Shown: positions 7,890 to 17,891, numbered from the stretch's first letter. The stretch is DNA of 60,706 nucleotides from Bacillota bacterium (GCA_012837925.1 DUQE01000099.1:1-60706), one strand, 5' to 3'. Made by a program: numbers and translations. The notes: generated by a model not told the origin, from the letters alone.

Positions 7890-9120
7890 TGGTACAGTCT
7901 ACTACAGCAACAGAATTGTTCATACAAACATCCTGATCTTGGGAGGGATGGTTGTCGCTCTTGGCGATGCTGCTGATGAGGCTCGCCAGTTGTTTAATGG
8001 ACCGATAAGGGACTATGATGCTGGTGGTCAACTAATCAGTCCAGGATTCATCGATCTCCACACGCACCTGCGAGAACCTGGTTTTGAGGGTAAGGAGTCG
8101 ATCCAAAGCGGCACCGAGGCTGCAGTGGCTGGGGGATTCACCACTGTCTGCCCTATGCCTAACACGAATCCATCCCTCGATTCGTTAGACGTGCTCGATG
8201 ATCTGAACAGGCGTATCGCCAGGGATGCTTGCTGTAATGTTCGCCCCATCGCAGCATTGACCGAAGGGCGAAGGGGTAAGAAGATTGTGGATTATGCGGG
8301 TTTTCAAACCAGGGGTGTGCGATTGTTTTCCGACGATGGCGACCCTCTAGAAGACTCGATTGCGGAACAGGTTTTTCTCAGTGTAGGGCAGATTGACGGT
8401 GTTGTTGTCAACCACCTTGAAGACAAAGCTCTAGTTGGGGAGGGCTTTTTTTGTGAGCATATTCCCCCAGAGTCTGAGTATCTCATGCTGCAAAGGGATC
8501 TTGAATACGTGCGAAAAACCCGCTGTCGCTACCATGTCGCTCATGTGAGTGCCTGGCAGACGGTGGAACTGCTTGCTCACGCAAAAGCAGAAGGGTTGCC
8601 GGTAACCGCAGAAGTCACGCCACATCACCTGACCCTTACGCGTGACGATGTGAAAGAACCTTGGGGTCACTTTCAGATGAAACCACCGCTTCGCACCACT
8701 AAAGACCGTCAAGCCCTAGTGGATGCTCTCAAGAGTGGGGTCATTGACATCGTGGCGACGGACCATGCACCCCATGGCCGCGAAAAACAAGACGGGCTTA
8801 TTGAGGGTTCGCCTTTTGGCGTCACCGGGTTAGAGACCACCTTCGCCGCCTTGTACACCAAGCTTGTACTTACCGGGGACTTGCCCTTGGAGCGACTACT
8901 TTACTGCCTCACCGCGGCACCGGGCTTCTTACTTGGAGTAGAGGCTGAATTAACGATTGGATCATCCGCTGACCTGGTCGTTTTGGACTTAGGCCTAAAG
9001 AAAGAGGTCACACGGGATCAGTTCAAGAGCAAGGGAACCAACTCTCCCTACATCGGGGAGACGCTGCAAGGCTGGCCACGGTTGACACTTTGTGCTGGAG
9101 AGGCGGTGTTTTCGTGTTAG
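7867..9120 (+). CDS. pyrC: Dihydroorotase
   Basis: Metal-binding motifs are DLHTHLREPG and VATDHAPH. It sits within the pyr operon. Confidence 0.92.
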   Translation: MANWYLHDGTVYYSNRIVHTNILILGGMVVALGDAADEARQLFNGPIRDYDAGGQLISPGFIDLHTHLREPGFEGKESIQSGTEAAVAGGFTTVCPMPNTNPSLDSLDVLDDLNRRIARDACCNVRPIAALTEGRRGKKIVDYAGFQTRGVRLFSDDGDPLEDSIAEQVFLSVGQIDGVVVNHLEDKALVGEGFFCEHIPPESEYLMLQRDLEYVRKTRCRYHVAHVSAWQTVELLAHAKAEGLPVTAEVTPHHLTLTRDDVKEPWGHFQMKPPLRTTKDRQALVDALKSGVIDIVATDHAPHGREKQDGLIEGSPFGVTGLETTFAALYTKLVLTGDLPLERLLYCLTAAPGFLLGVEAELTIGSSADLVVLDLGLKKEVTRDQFKSKGTNSPYIGETLQGWPRLTLCAGEAVFSC

Positions 9121-9863
9121 TTCAAGGCAACAGACGGCTGACGAGCGACATCTGGGTTCTGGATCTAGTCGGGGAGTTTCCCTACGACAAAGTAACTCCC
9201 GGGCAGTTTGTACATGTGCTTATTGGAGATGGTACAGCGCATCCTTTACGTAGACCCATTAGCATTGCTTCTTGCGACCCAGTTGGTAAAACTCTTTCCC
9301 TCGTTTATCGTGTGGTAGGCGATGGTACGAAATGGATGAGAGAGCGGCGACCAGGTGAAACCATTGATGTACTAGGTCCTTTGGGTCACGGTTTTCCTGC
9401 ACCACAAAGACCCGGTCCTGTCTTGATCGTCGGAGGTGGCGTGGGAGTTCCGCCTTTGTACCAGTTAGCCAAAGTGCTTCATGCCCAAAACGTGGAGCTC
9501 GATATCGTCTTAGGCTTTAAAGACCATGGAGATGTCTTTTGGGCCGACGAGTTTGGTAAGCTCGGCCATGTCACCATCTGCACCGAAGATGGCTCTGTCG
9601 GAAGGCCGGGCTTCGTCACAGAAGCTTTAGGAGACGATCGCGATTGGGCCACACTTTATAGCTGTGGACCCAGATCGATGCTCAAAGCCCTGAAGACGCA
9701 CTTTCAAGGTACAGACATACAAGGCTATGTCTCCCTCGAAGAGCGCATGGCCTGTGGTATTGGAGCGTGTTGGGGTTGTACGTGCGAAAACGCAGATCAA
9801 TCGGAAGCCAGGCGCATCTGCAAAGATGGTCCGGTCTTTTCGTGGGAGGAGATTCAGCTATGA
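9114..9863 (+). CDS. pyrK: Dihydroorotate dehydrogenase electron-transfer subunit (FAD/2Fe-2S)
   Basis: FAD motif is RRPISI. The C-terminal cluster motif is CGIGACWGCTC...C. I chose start GTG 9114, which overlaps the pyrC stop and has RBS GGAGAGG. The ORF-track start at 9090 is an upstream extension. Confidence 0.88.
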   Translation: MLVQGNRRLTSDIWVLDLVGEFPYDKVTPGQFVHVLIGDGTAHPLRRPISIASCDPVGKTLSLVYRVVGDGTKWMRERRPGETIDVLGPLGHGFPAPQRPGPVLIVGGGVGVPPLYQLAKVLHAQNVELDIVLGFKDHGDVFWADEFGKLGHVTICTEDGSVGRPGFVTEALGDDRDWATLYSCGPRSMLKALKTHFQGTDIQGYVSLEERMACGIGACWGCTCENADQSEARRICKDGPVFSWEEIQL

Positions 9864-10771
9864 GTGTGGACTTGCGTGTGAATCTGGGCAGCTTGTCGCT
9901 GAAGAACCCCGTGATGCCAGCTTCAGGCTGTTTCGGTTTTGGCAGAGAGTATAGCGAGTATTATTCCTTAAGCGCGTTGGGAGCAGTCGTAGTCAAAGCT
10001 ACAACCCTGCATCCTCGCTTGGGCAATCCCACGCCTAGAGTTTCCGAGGTGACGTCGGGGATGTTAAACGCCATTGGTTTGGCCAACCCTGGTTTAGAGA
10101 ATGTCTTGTCTGAGGAGCTTCCGTGGCTGGCGAGGCAAGATGTGCCGATTATCGTAAACGTCGCGGGCGATACCATGGACGATTACTGCCAAGTGGTAGA
10201 CCGCATCTGCCAATCGGGCTTAGCGCACGCCATCGAACTTAACGTGTCTTGCCCCAACGTTCAACTCGGAGGACTGGCCTTTGGCGTTGAGGCCGCCGTA
10301 CTGCGGAACTTGGTCGAAGCGGTGCGCACGGTCTGCACTCTTCCCCTTTTTGTCAAACTATCACCGAACGTGACGCGTATACAGGACTTGGCTATAGCCG
10401 CCGCTAGTGGAGGTGCAGACGGTCTTAGCCTAATCAATACCCTGATCGGCATGAAAATCGACCTTAATACCAGGCGCCCCGTCTTGGCCAATAGGACGGG
10501 AGGTCTTTCGGGCCGGGCGATTAAGCCGGTGGCCGTACGTATGGTCCACGACGTGGCGAAAGAAGTGCGACTTCCCATTATCGGCATGGGGGGAATTTAT
10601 ACCGGGCATGACGCGGCAGAGTTCGTTATGGCTGGGGCCTGGGCTGTCGAAGTGGGAACAGCGAACTTCACGGACCCCTACGCTTGTCCGCGGATTATCG
10701 AAGAGCTGCGATCCTTTATGGAAGCAGAAGGTATCAAAAACATAGAGGAAATTCGGGGGTCTGCCTTATGA
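9860..10771 (+). CDS. pyrD: Dihydroorotate dehydrogenase B catalytic subunit
   Basis: Motifs are NPVMPASGCFGFG, ELNVSCPN and IIGMGGI. ATG 9860 overlaps the pyrK stop (ATGA) and has RBS GGGAGGAG. Confidence 0.92.
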   Translation: MSVDLRVNLGSLSLKNPVMPASGCFGFGREYSEYYSLSALGAVVVKATTLHPRLGNPTPRVSEVTSGMLNAIGLANPGLENVLSEELPWLARQDVPIIVNVAGDTMDDYCQVVDRICQSGLAHAIELNVSCPNVQLGGLAFGVEAAVLRNLVEAVRTVCTLPLFVKLSPNVTRIQDLAIAAASGGADGLSLINTLIGMKIDLNTRRPVLANRTGGLSGRAIKPVAVRMVHDVAKEVRLPIIGMGGIYTGHDAAEFVMAGAWAVEVGTANFTDPYACPRIIEELRSFMEAEGIKNIEEIRGSAL

Positions 10772-11463
10772 GTATGGCGGAGAGAATCATCGTTGCGCTT
10801 GATCTAGGGAGCCGACAAGAGGTAGAAGAGGCTCTCAAGAAACTACCGGAGGTTCGTTTTGTTAAGGTGGGAATGGAGCTTTTCTATAGTGTCGGACCCG
10901 AACTCATTCATACGCTTAAGGACCGGGGGTTGAAGGTCTTCCTGGACCTCAAGGTCCATGACATTCCCAACACGGCCGCGGGAGCCATGCGCAGTCTGAG
11001 CAGGGCTGGGTGCGACTTGCTCAACTTGCACTGTGCAGGTGGACTCGAGATGATGAAAAGGGCGAGAGAGGCGGTTGGTGAAGGCACAAAGCTCATTGGC
11101 GTGACCCAGTTAACCTCCACAAACCAAGCCATGCTCAATGCAGAACTAGGTATTCCTGGTACAGTAGAGGCCAGTGTCCTGCGCTTTGCTCAGCTGGCGA
11201 AGGAGGCCAACTTAGCGGGAGTTGTTTGCTCACCCCTTGACGTCACCGCTATCAAAGAAGCTTGTGGTCAAGATTTCTTAGCTGTGACTCCTGGCGTTCG
11301 CCCACAAGGTTCTGCCACACAGGATCAAAAACGGATTATGACGCCCGGCGAAGCCATCCGTACAGGGAGCGACTACCTGGTCATTGGTCGCCCGATTTTG
11401 GCCGATCCCGATCCCCATGGAGCTTTCATGAGAATCCTACGTGAAATCGAGGTGGAGGTATGA
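10768..11463 (+). CDS. pyrF: Orotidine-5'-phosphate decarboxylase
   Basis: Motifs are IIVALD, FLDLKVHDIPNT and LVIGRPI. The ATGA start overlaps the pyrD stop. Confidence 0.9.
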   Translation: MSMAERIIVALDLGSRQEVEEALKKLPEVRFVKVGMELFYSVGPELIHTLKDRGLKVFLDLKVHDIPNTAAGAMRSLSRAGCDLLNLHCAGGLEMMKRAREAVGEGTKLIGVTQLTSTNQAMLNAELGIPGTVEASVLRFAQLAKEANLAGVVCSPLDVTAIKEACGQDFLAVTPGVRPQGSATQDQKRIMTPGEAIRTGSDYLVIGRPILADPDPHGAFMRILREIEVEV

Positions 11464-12038
11464 TGAAAGAGCAACTGCTAGCAACGTTTCAGAACCTAGG
11501 TGTATTACAAACGGGACATTTTCGTCTTACTTCGGGGTTGCACTCCGAGCAGTATATGCAATGTGCCAAACTCTTTGAGCATCCGGCTCGTGCCGCGGAA
11601 ATTGTTGCGAACCTGATTCCAAAGCTCCCGCAGGATATCGAAACCATCATTGCGCCCGCCATCGGAGGGATTACCGTAGGGTATGAACTGGCGCGCTTGC
11701 TCGGATGCCGCTTCCTCTTTGCTGAAAGGCAGGATGGAGTAATGACCTTTCGCCGCGGTTTTCGCTTGCAGCCTGGCGAAAGAGTCCTAGCCGTGGAAGA
11801 CGTGGTCACAACAGGAGGCTCGGTGAGGGAAGTGGTCGAATTGGCCAGGGACTGTGGAGCTGAGATTGCGGGTGTAGCGGCTCTTGTTGATCGGAGCCAA
11901 GGTCGAGCGGACTTTGACGTTCCGTTTTACTCTCTTCTGAGTATGGAGATCAAAGTGTATGCTCCAGAAAGCTGTCCTTTGTGTGCCCAAGGAACTCCTC
12001 TGCAGAGTCCGGGAAGCAGGAAAACGAACCTGCGTTAG
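11460..12038 (+). CDS. pyrE: Orotate phosphoribosyltransferase
   Basis: PRPP-binding loop is VLAVEDVVTTGGS. It is the last gene of the pyr operon. Confidence 0.9.
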   Translation: MMKEQLLATFQNLGVLQTGHFRLTSGLHSEQYMQCAKLFEHPARAAEIVANLIPKLPQDIETIIAPAIGGITVGYELARLLGCRFLFAERQDGVMTFRRGFRLQPGERVLAVEDVVTTGGSVREVVELARDCGAEIAGVAALVDRSQGRADFDVPFYSLLSMEIKVYAPESCPLCAQGTPLQSPGSRKTNLR

Positions 12039-12071
12039 CCAAATCCTTCTAGGTAAGGAGTACTAATAGGG

Positions 12072-13091
12072 ATGATGGAGGTGTATTGCGTGTTTACTTC
12101 GTTTCCGTTGAAAAGTGTGACCATTCCTAACCGGATTGTGATGCCGGCCATGTGCCAATACTCGGCTACGGAAGACGGGTATGTAACGAACTGGCATCGG
12201 GTACATTACGGGGCCCGGGCTGTTGGGGGAGTAGGGCTCATTATCCTGGAAGCTACGGCTGTGGAAAAGCGAGGCCGACTCAGCAATCATGATCTGGGAA
12301 TCTGGGATGATGGACATATTCAAGGTTTGCGTGAACTCGTCGAAATCGGAAAAGAACATGGTACGGTCATGGGAATTCAGATAGGGCACGGTGGGCGCAA
12401 GTCGTGGGGTGACGAACTGGTAGCCCCTTCAAGTATCGCCGTTCCCAACATGGGTACACCACATGCACTCACTGTCACCGAAATCAAGGACATTGTGGAA
12501 AGTTGGCGTCAGGCTGCCAGGCGTGTCCGTGAGGCTGGCTTTGATGTGCTCCAGATCCATGGAGCCCACGGGTATTTAATCCATGAGTTCTTGTCACCAC
12601 TAAGCAATGAACGTGGCGATGAGTATGGTGGCTCACTGGAGAACCGTATGCGTTTTCTCCTGGAGATCGTGGAAGCCGTAAAGAAGGAGTGGCCCGAGGA
12701 TAAACCTTTATCCGTTCGGCTCTCGGCCGTTGATTACCTCGAGGGTGGTCTCACCATTGAGGATACAGTGCAGATCAGTAAGGTGCTTAAGTCCAGGGGC
12801 GTTGATCTCATGGATATCAGCTCTGGCGGACTCTTATCAGCGCGAATTGAACTGGGACCTGGCTATCAAGTGTCCTTTGCCGAGGCTGTAAAGAAGGAGG
12901 CCGGACTTCCGACTATTGCAGTTGGCCTAATCACCCAGGCTGAGCTGGCTCAGGAAATCATTCATAACGGGCGTGCCGACTTTGTGGCTTTGGGAAGAGA
13001 GCTGTTACGTAACCCTTACTGGGTACTGGAGGCGAAGTGTGAGGAGTCCGTTTGGCCTTGGCAGTACCACAGAGCCATGCCTAAAAGATAG
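12072..13091 (+). CDS. namA: NADPH:flavin oxidoreductase, Old Yellow Enzyme YqjM/NamA type
   Basis: Motifs are NRIVMPAMCQYSA, GLIILEATAV, HGAHGYLIHEFLSP and a C-terminal GRELLRNPYW. GTG 12090 is an alternative start with better RBS spacing. Confidence 0.88.
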   Translation: MMEVYCVFTSFPLKSVTIPNRIVMPAMCQYSATEDGYVTNWHRVHYGARAVGGVGLIILEATAVEKRGRLSNHDLGIWDDGHIQGLRELVEIGKEHGTVMGIQIGHGGRKSWGDELVAPSSIAVPNMGTPHALTVTEIKDIVESWRQAARRVREAGFDVLQIHGAHGYLIHEFLSPLSNERGDEYGGSLENRMRFLLEIVEAVKKEWPEDKPLSVRLSAVDYLEGGLTIEDTVQISKVLKSRGVDLMDISSGGLLSARIELGPGYQVSFAEAVKKEAGLPTIAVGLITQAELAQEIIHNGRADFVALGRELLRNPYWVLEAKCEESVWPWQYHRAMPKR

Positions 13092-13106
13092 GAAGGGTGG
13101 ACTTTT

Positions 13107-13913
13107 ATGCTGGGAGCCATCGTTGGGGATATCGTAGGATCGCGTTTTGAGTTTGATAACCATCGCAGTAAAGAGTTTGACCTGTTTGGAGAAGGCTGCT
13201 TTGCGACGGATGACAGTATCATGACGCTGGCTGTGGCGAAAGCCCTGATGGAAACAAGGCGGACCCTTGGCCCGGAGGACGATTTTTGCAGGCTCCTTGG
13301 CGATCTGACGGTACAATACATGCAGGATATCGGACGAAACTACCCCAATTGTGGCTATGGGGGAAGTTTCTATCATTGGGTTTTCAGCGATGATCCCAAG
13401 CCTTACAACAGCTACGGTAATGGGGCCGCCATGCGCATTAGTCCTGTGGGCTTTATCGCCAAGAGTATGGATGAGGCAGTTCGTCTCTCGGAGATCGTCA
13501 CAGCCGTAACGCACAATCACCCTGAAGGAATCAAAGGGGCCGAAGCGACCACGGTGGCGATTTACTTAGCACGTCATGGTGCTTCGCAGTCTGAAATCGG
13601 CGAACGTGTTTCCCGGGAGTACTACCCCTTAGATTTCAACATTGATGCGATCAGGCCAACGTATAGGTTCAATGAGACATGCCAGGATACGGTGCCGCAG
13701 GCAATACAGTGTTTCCTGGAGGCGGAGTCCTTCGAGGACGCCATACGAATCGCCGTATCCTTAGGCGGCGACAGTGACACCATCGCAGCGATTACGGGGG
13801 CTATTAGCGAGGCCTATTTTGGAGTTCCAGAGTGGATCAGACAGGAAGCTCTGAGTTACTTGGATCCAAGGTTGCGTGAAATCTATGATGCGTGGGAAGC
13901 GTGGAGTAAGTAA
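13107..13913 (+). CDS. ADP-ribosylglycohydrolase family protein
   Basis: The N-terminus GAIVGDIVGSRFEF...TDDSIMTLAVA and the C-terminus GGDSDTIAAITGAISEAYFG are typical of this family. Confidence 0.85.
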   Translation: MLGAIVGDIVGSRFEFDNHRSKEFDLFGEGCFATDDSIMTLAVAKALMETRRTLGPEDDFCRLLGDLTVQYMQDIGRNYPNCGYGGSFYHWVFSDDPKPYNSYGNGAAMRISPVGFIAKSMDEAVRLSEIVTAVTHNHPEGIKGAEATTVAIYLARHGASQSEIGERVSREYYPLDFNIDAIRPTYRFNETCQDTVPQAIQCFLEAESFEDAIRIAVSLGGDSDTIAAITGAISEAYFGVPEWIRQEALSYLDPRLREIYDAWEAWSK

Positions 13914-13917
13914 AAAA

Positions 13918-13955
13918 ACGGGTTGCGGGGTTCATTCACCGCAGCCCGTTATTTT
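13918..13955. terminator. Bidirectional terminator between convergent genes
   Basis: Stem is ACGGGTTGCGG / CCGCAGCCCGT. It is flanked by an A-run on the 5' side and TTATTTTT on the 3' side. Confidence 0.75.
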
Positions 13956-14599
13956 TGCCTTGGCGCAGGATCCGTCAGTTCAGACAGCGCTCCGCCTGCG
14001 ATGGCCCAGAGGTAAAGACTCGCGATTGTTCCATGGGGGGAATATCGCCTCTTGTACTTAGCGAAGAGCTCTGGGGTAATCTTACGGTGTCGATAGAGCA
14101 TGCGCATACCCCTGTGAATGGCCAAGTCTCCAAAGCTCACAATATCGGGTCGTTGGAGCGAGAAAGTGAGTAACATTTCTGCCGTCCAAATGCCAATGCC
14201 TTTGAGTTTGACCAACTCTTTACAGACGTCTTCGTCGGACATCGTGGAGAAAGCATTGAGATCGACCTGGCCCTCCACAATGGCCTGTGCCGTCTCGTGA
14301 ATGTAGATGGCTTTGCGCATAGAAATCCCACAGCTCTGCAGCTCTTCTACAGGACTTTTTGCCAGAACGTCTGGTGTAAAGGGCGTAAAACGTTCCTGCA
14401 TGCGACCCCAGATTGTTTCCTGGGCCTTCGTGGAGATCTGTTGTCCCACAATCGACTGAACTAAGGCTGGAAAGAGCTCGGGATACACTTCTCGCTTAAT
14501 GGGGCCGATTTTTTCGATGGCTTCCCCGAGTTTCTTATCGCGGGATGCCAAGTGCTCGATTTCTGTTGCTCCATACACAAAGTAACGTGGCTTAGACAT
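13949..14599 (-). CDS. DNA-3-methyladenine glycosylase II-type HhH-GPD base-excision enzyme
   Basis: HhH-GPD element is LKGIGIWTAEMLLTFSLQRPDIVSFGDLAI. I set the start to ATG 14599 (MSKPRYF), which overlaps the ogt stop. The ORF-track start at 14644 is an extension. Confidence 0.82.
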   Translation of the reverse strand: MSKPRYFVYGATEIEHLASRDKKLGEAIEKIGPIKREVYPELFPALVQSIVGQQISTKAQETIWGRMQERFTPFTPDVLAKSPVEELQSCGISMRKAIYIHETAQAIVEGQVDLNAFSTMSDEDVCKELVKLKGIGIWTAEMLLTFSLQRPDIVSFGDLAIHRGMRMLYRHRKITPELFAKYKRRYSPHGTIASLYLWAIAGGALSELTDPAPRQK

Positions 14600-15059
14600 A
14601 GCGTTGCTCCAAGTCGAGCAAGTGTTGCTTCGAATCAAGTCCACCGGCGTAACCTGTGAGTTTTCCGTTCTGGCCCACTACGCGGTGGCAGGGAATGATG
14701 ATCGAAATAGGATTGCGGTTGTTGGCTAAGCCGACGGCTCGGCTCCCTTTAGGACACTCCACTCTCACAGCGACTTCTTTGTACGTATGGGTCTGGCCAT
14801 AGGGGATGGCTTGTAGTTCGCGCCAGACTCTTTGCTGAAACTCTGTGCCGTGCAAAACAAGGGGTATCTCGAACTGCTTGCGGCGACCTGAAAAGTACTC
14901 GTCTAGCTGCTTCTTGGCTTGCTCCAAGAGAGGTGTTGTGCCGTCAACATAACCCTGCAAACGACTGTCATCTTTGCTAAAGACCAAAAGCGACAAGCGA
15001 CCGTTTTCTTCCCCCAACCAAAGGGGGGCAATGGGCGAATCATATTGACAGAATTGCAT
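14592..15059 (-). CDS. ogt: Methylated-DNA--protein-cysteine methyltransferase
   Basis: Active-site motif IPCHRVV is present, followed by GKLTGYAGG. Confidence 0.92.
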   Translation of the reverse strand: MQFCQYDSPIAPLWLGEENGRLSLLVFSKDDSRLQGYVDGTTPLLEQAKKQLDEYFSGRRKQFEIPLVLHGTEFQQRVWRELQAIPYGQTHTYKEVAVRVECPKGSRAVGLANNRNPISIIIPCHRVVGQNGKLTGYAGGLDSKQHLLDLEQRYV

Positions 15060-15237
15060 ACGCTGAGGCTCCTTCCCACGTTTCCGTACTATCTACTAGT
15101 ATATCATGATCTTTCGGGCTTGGCTAAGCAAGACCCGCTCAGCAGTTTTTACTCAGAGCAAGGGGTTTGTTTCGATGTGGAGAATAGTCTCTAAGGATTC
15201 ATAAACACTTGAAGTGCATTTACGGAGGTAGATACAG

Positions 15238-16644
15238 ATGATGAATCTAGATCAAATGGCAACACCCAGGATCGTTCCTACGCTGGATCCTGCTTTCCGC
15301 CCTGCGGTGTTATGGAACAGGGCGTTTCTGCGCGCCGTAGAAGAGTCCGGCCAGGCTGTACCAATAGCTATTGCTGTGGAGCGCGATCAGGGGCAGGTTG
15401 CCGTGCATGAAACCAAACTTTTCCCCTCGGGTGTTACTACGAGTTGGGACGAAGCCAACTACTTCTATGTGGAAAGGCTCGTTAAATGCCTTTTGTGGGT
15501 GAAGGGTGGATGGAAGGTTACGATCGCAGGTTCGACCATCGTTGGCGAGCGACTGAAGAAAGACTATGCCAAGGGCGGTCTGCGGGAGTTTGATGCTGGC
15601 TTTATGGGACGGGTCTATGAAAAGGACTTTACGGTAGAGATCGTTCCTTACGAAGATAAACCCCAAGCCTTTGAAAAGACCGAGGCTGTTGGTGGGCACC
15701 TGGATGGCTGTCGCATTGGCTTTGACGCTGGTGGCAGTGATCGTAAGGTCGCGGCCGTCATGGATGGAGAAGTCCTCTTTAGCGATGAGACCGTTTGGTA
15801 TCCCAAAGTGACCGAGGATCCCGACTATCACTTTGATGGCATCATGGACTCGATCACGCGTGCAGCCGCACACTTGCCGAGAGTAGACGCTATCGGAGTC
15901 AGCTCGGCTGGAATCTACATCAACAACCGGACCATGGTGGCCTCGCTTTTCCTTAAGGTTCCAGAGGATTTGTTTGAGGAAAAGGTGAAGGACATTTATC
16001 CAAGAGTAGCTCGAGCGCTGGGTAATGTACCCATTGAAGTCCGAAATGATGGGGATGTGACGGCGCTATCCGGTGCCAGTACGCTCAAGGATACCAATAT
16101 CCTGGGTATCGCTATGGGAACCAGTGAAGCAGTAGGGTATGTGGATTCGGAAGGATCCCTGACGGGTTGGCTAAATGAGCTGGCCTTTATGCCTGTTGAC
16201 TATAACCCCAAGGCCATGATCGATGAGTGGTCTGGCGACTACGGCTGTGGAGTCAAGTATTTTTCTCAGGATGGGGTTATCAAACTGGCCCCGGCCGCAG
16301 GGATTATGCTGGATGAGAATCTTTCCCCTGCAGAAAAGTTGCAGGTCGTTCAAAACTTACTCGAATCGGGTCGCGAAGGTGCCAGGCAAATCTTTGAGAG
16401 TATCGGCGTTTATTTGGGCTATGCTATTGGGCACTACGCCGACTTTTATGACATCAAGCACCTCCTCATTTTGGGGCGGGTTACATCTGGCAAAGGTGGG
16501 ACCCTAATGCTGGAGAAAGCCCGCGAAGTGTTGAATGCGGACTTTCCGGAACTCTCCAATATTGCGTTTCACTTGCCCGATGAAAGTGACCGCAGGGTAG
16601 GGCAAGCTATCGCTGCGGCTGGTTTGACTGCTCTGAAACGCTAG
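15238..16644 (+). CDS. ROK/ASKHA-fold sugar-kinase-like protein with ~150-aa N-terminal extension
   Basis: Phosphate-1-like motif is IGFDAGGSDRKVA. Later glycine-rich blocks are GIAMGTSEAVGYV and LILGRVTSGKGG. The substrate is unknown. Confidence 0.55.
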   Translation: MMNLDQMATPRIVPTLDPAFRPAVLWNRAFLRAVEESGQAVPIAIAVERDQGQVAVHETKLFPSGVTTSWDEANYFYVERLVKCLLWVKGGWKVTIAGSTIVGERLKKDYAKGGLREFDAGFMGRVYEKDFTVEIVPYEDKPQAFEKTEAVGGHLDGCRIGFDAGGSDRKVAAVMDGEVLFSDETVWYPKVTEDPDYHFDGIMDSITRAAAHLPRVDAIGVSSAGIYINNRTMVASLFLKVPEDLFEEKVKDIYPRVARALGNVPIEVRNDGDVTALSGASTLKDTNILGIAMGTSEAVGYVDSEGSLTGWLNELAFMPVDYNPKAMIDEWSGDYGCGVKYFSQDGVIKLAPAAGIMLDENLSPAEKLQVVQNLLESGREGARQIFESIGVYLGYAIGHYADFYDIKHLLILGRVTSGKGGTLMLEKAREVLNADFPELSNIAFHLPDESDRRVGQAIAAAGLTALKR

Positions 16645-17891
16645 AAAAAGTTGATCTCAATCCAATAGGCCAAGAGCCCTACCAGCAGAGCGGGAATGGT
16701 GTTGATGATGGTCGCCCAGACTGCCGAGCGTTTATCGATGGCGATCAGCGGAAAGAGGGCGTCTCCATCTTGGGATAGGGCGTTGGCCAGCAAGGCTGCA
16801 AAGGGGACCATGCCTCTGGTAAAGAGTGTAACGAAGATAATTTGGGGACCACATCCCGGAATCACGCCAATGAGTGTACCGATGATGACAGCCACAAGAC
16901 CCGTCTGGGTCAGAAATCCTGTGATGGCCATTTCGCCCGTGGCATAGACTCCTGAACCTAGAGCGAGAACAAAGAGCTCATAGGCCAAATAGGCGACGAA
17001 TACCCAGGTTCCCACGAACGCCGTCTCTTGGGCATTATGGATAAAGGTCTCCTTGAGACTGGCCAGCTTCATCTCAGACTCCTCATGGGTGTCGTTGGCG
17101 ATGAACTTCTTGCCTAGGAGCATCATTACGATGGAAAGGGCTGTACCAACAACGCCGAAGAGCAGACCTAGATTAGGAATCAAGAGTGCATTAAGATCAA
17201 TCTGAAAGAGATCCATAATTCCAAAAACCAAACCCAATGAAATGAGAACCCAATAGATCATGTAGCCGCGATGGGTGATTCTGTACCCAAGGGTCTGTAA
17301 GTCCTGGTGTCCTTTTGTGCCGTGGTGGAGGGCTAGGTCAATGGCATCGCCCTCTTCGTGACCAATGTGGCTCCACTCTTCGTGGGTGATCCCTGTCTCA
17401 CTTTCGAAAATACTATGATCCATCTCTTGATGGGCTTGGCGCGTCCGAGCCCTCTTTTCCTGTGCTTGCTGGTATTTTTGCAGGAGTCGATCACCTATGG
17501 GGAAGAGATCAACGATGTAACCTGCGATTACGGCTACAAAGAACGAAATGATCGAGACCAGGATCCATTGCTTGGGCATCGTTGACATTAACACAAAGGC
17601 TGAATCACCCATGGTGGCCAGGAGTGTGGCAACTACTGTTCCGAAGCTCACCACGCCTTTGGGAAAGAGTGGCATCACAAAAATCGCTCCGCCGCAACCA
17701 GGAGTAAGGCCTAGTAGGGCACCTATGATGGGTTGGACCTTCTTAGCATTGGCTATTGCTGCCACCAGGCGTCCCGAGAGCAGGTAATCGATGTAGCCAA
17801 AGAGGAGAAGAACCGCTCCAACAAAGACTGTGACTTGAATAAACGCGTTTTCTGCACTCACTAGGACTAGTCCAAGAATATCGTTTAGCAC
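16641..17891 (-). CDS. 10-TM putative metal exporter (ArsP_2/PF11449-like) with His-rich loop
   Basis: There are two homologous halves, each with a (T/I)PGCG(G/P) motif. A central cytoplasmic loop is rich in His, Glu and Asp (HQEMDHS...HEEWSHIGHEEGD...LHHGTKGHQ). The family assignment is from memory. Confidence 0.5.
   Translation of the reverse strand: MLNDILGLVLVSAENAFIQVTVFVGAVLLLFGYIDYLLSGRLVAAIANAKKVQPIIGALLGLTPGCGGAIFVMPLFPKGVVSFGTVVATLLATMGDSAFVLMSTMPKQWILVSIISFFVAVIAGYIVDLFPIGDRLLQKYQQAQEKRARTRQAHQEMDHSIFESETGITHEEWSHIGHEEGDAIDLALHHGTKGHQDLQTLGYRITHRGYMIYWVLISLGLVFGIMDLFQIDLNALLIPNLGLLFGVVGTALSIVMMLLGKKFIANDTHEESEMKLASLKETFIHNAQETAFVGTWVFVAYLAYELFVLALGSGVYATGEMAITGFLTQTGLVAVIIGTLIGVIPGCGPQIIFVTLFTRGMVPFAALLANALSQDGDALFPLIAIDKRSAVWATIINTIPALLVGLLAYWIEINFF

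Noticed and set aside
9767-9859. Upstream extensions of ORF-track starts, here for pyrD. The same applies at 9090-9113 (pyrK), 10684-10767 (pyrF), 30101-30211 (FliK-like), 40479-40592 (birA), 14600-14644 (glycosylase), 32562-32672 (yibE/F) and 21543-21599 (M23).
   Set aside because: The extensions overlap the preceding gene or lack an RBS. Family-typical N-termini with good RBS and stop-start coupling begin at the downstream starts I used.
12063-12389. 108-aa minus-strand ORF, and the many similar 60-190-aa antisense ORFs throughout the track.
   Set aside because: They lie fully inside well-supported genes on the opposite strand, have no RBS, and have low-complexity Arg/Ser/Pro-rich translations typical of antisense shadows in GC-moderate DNA.
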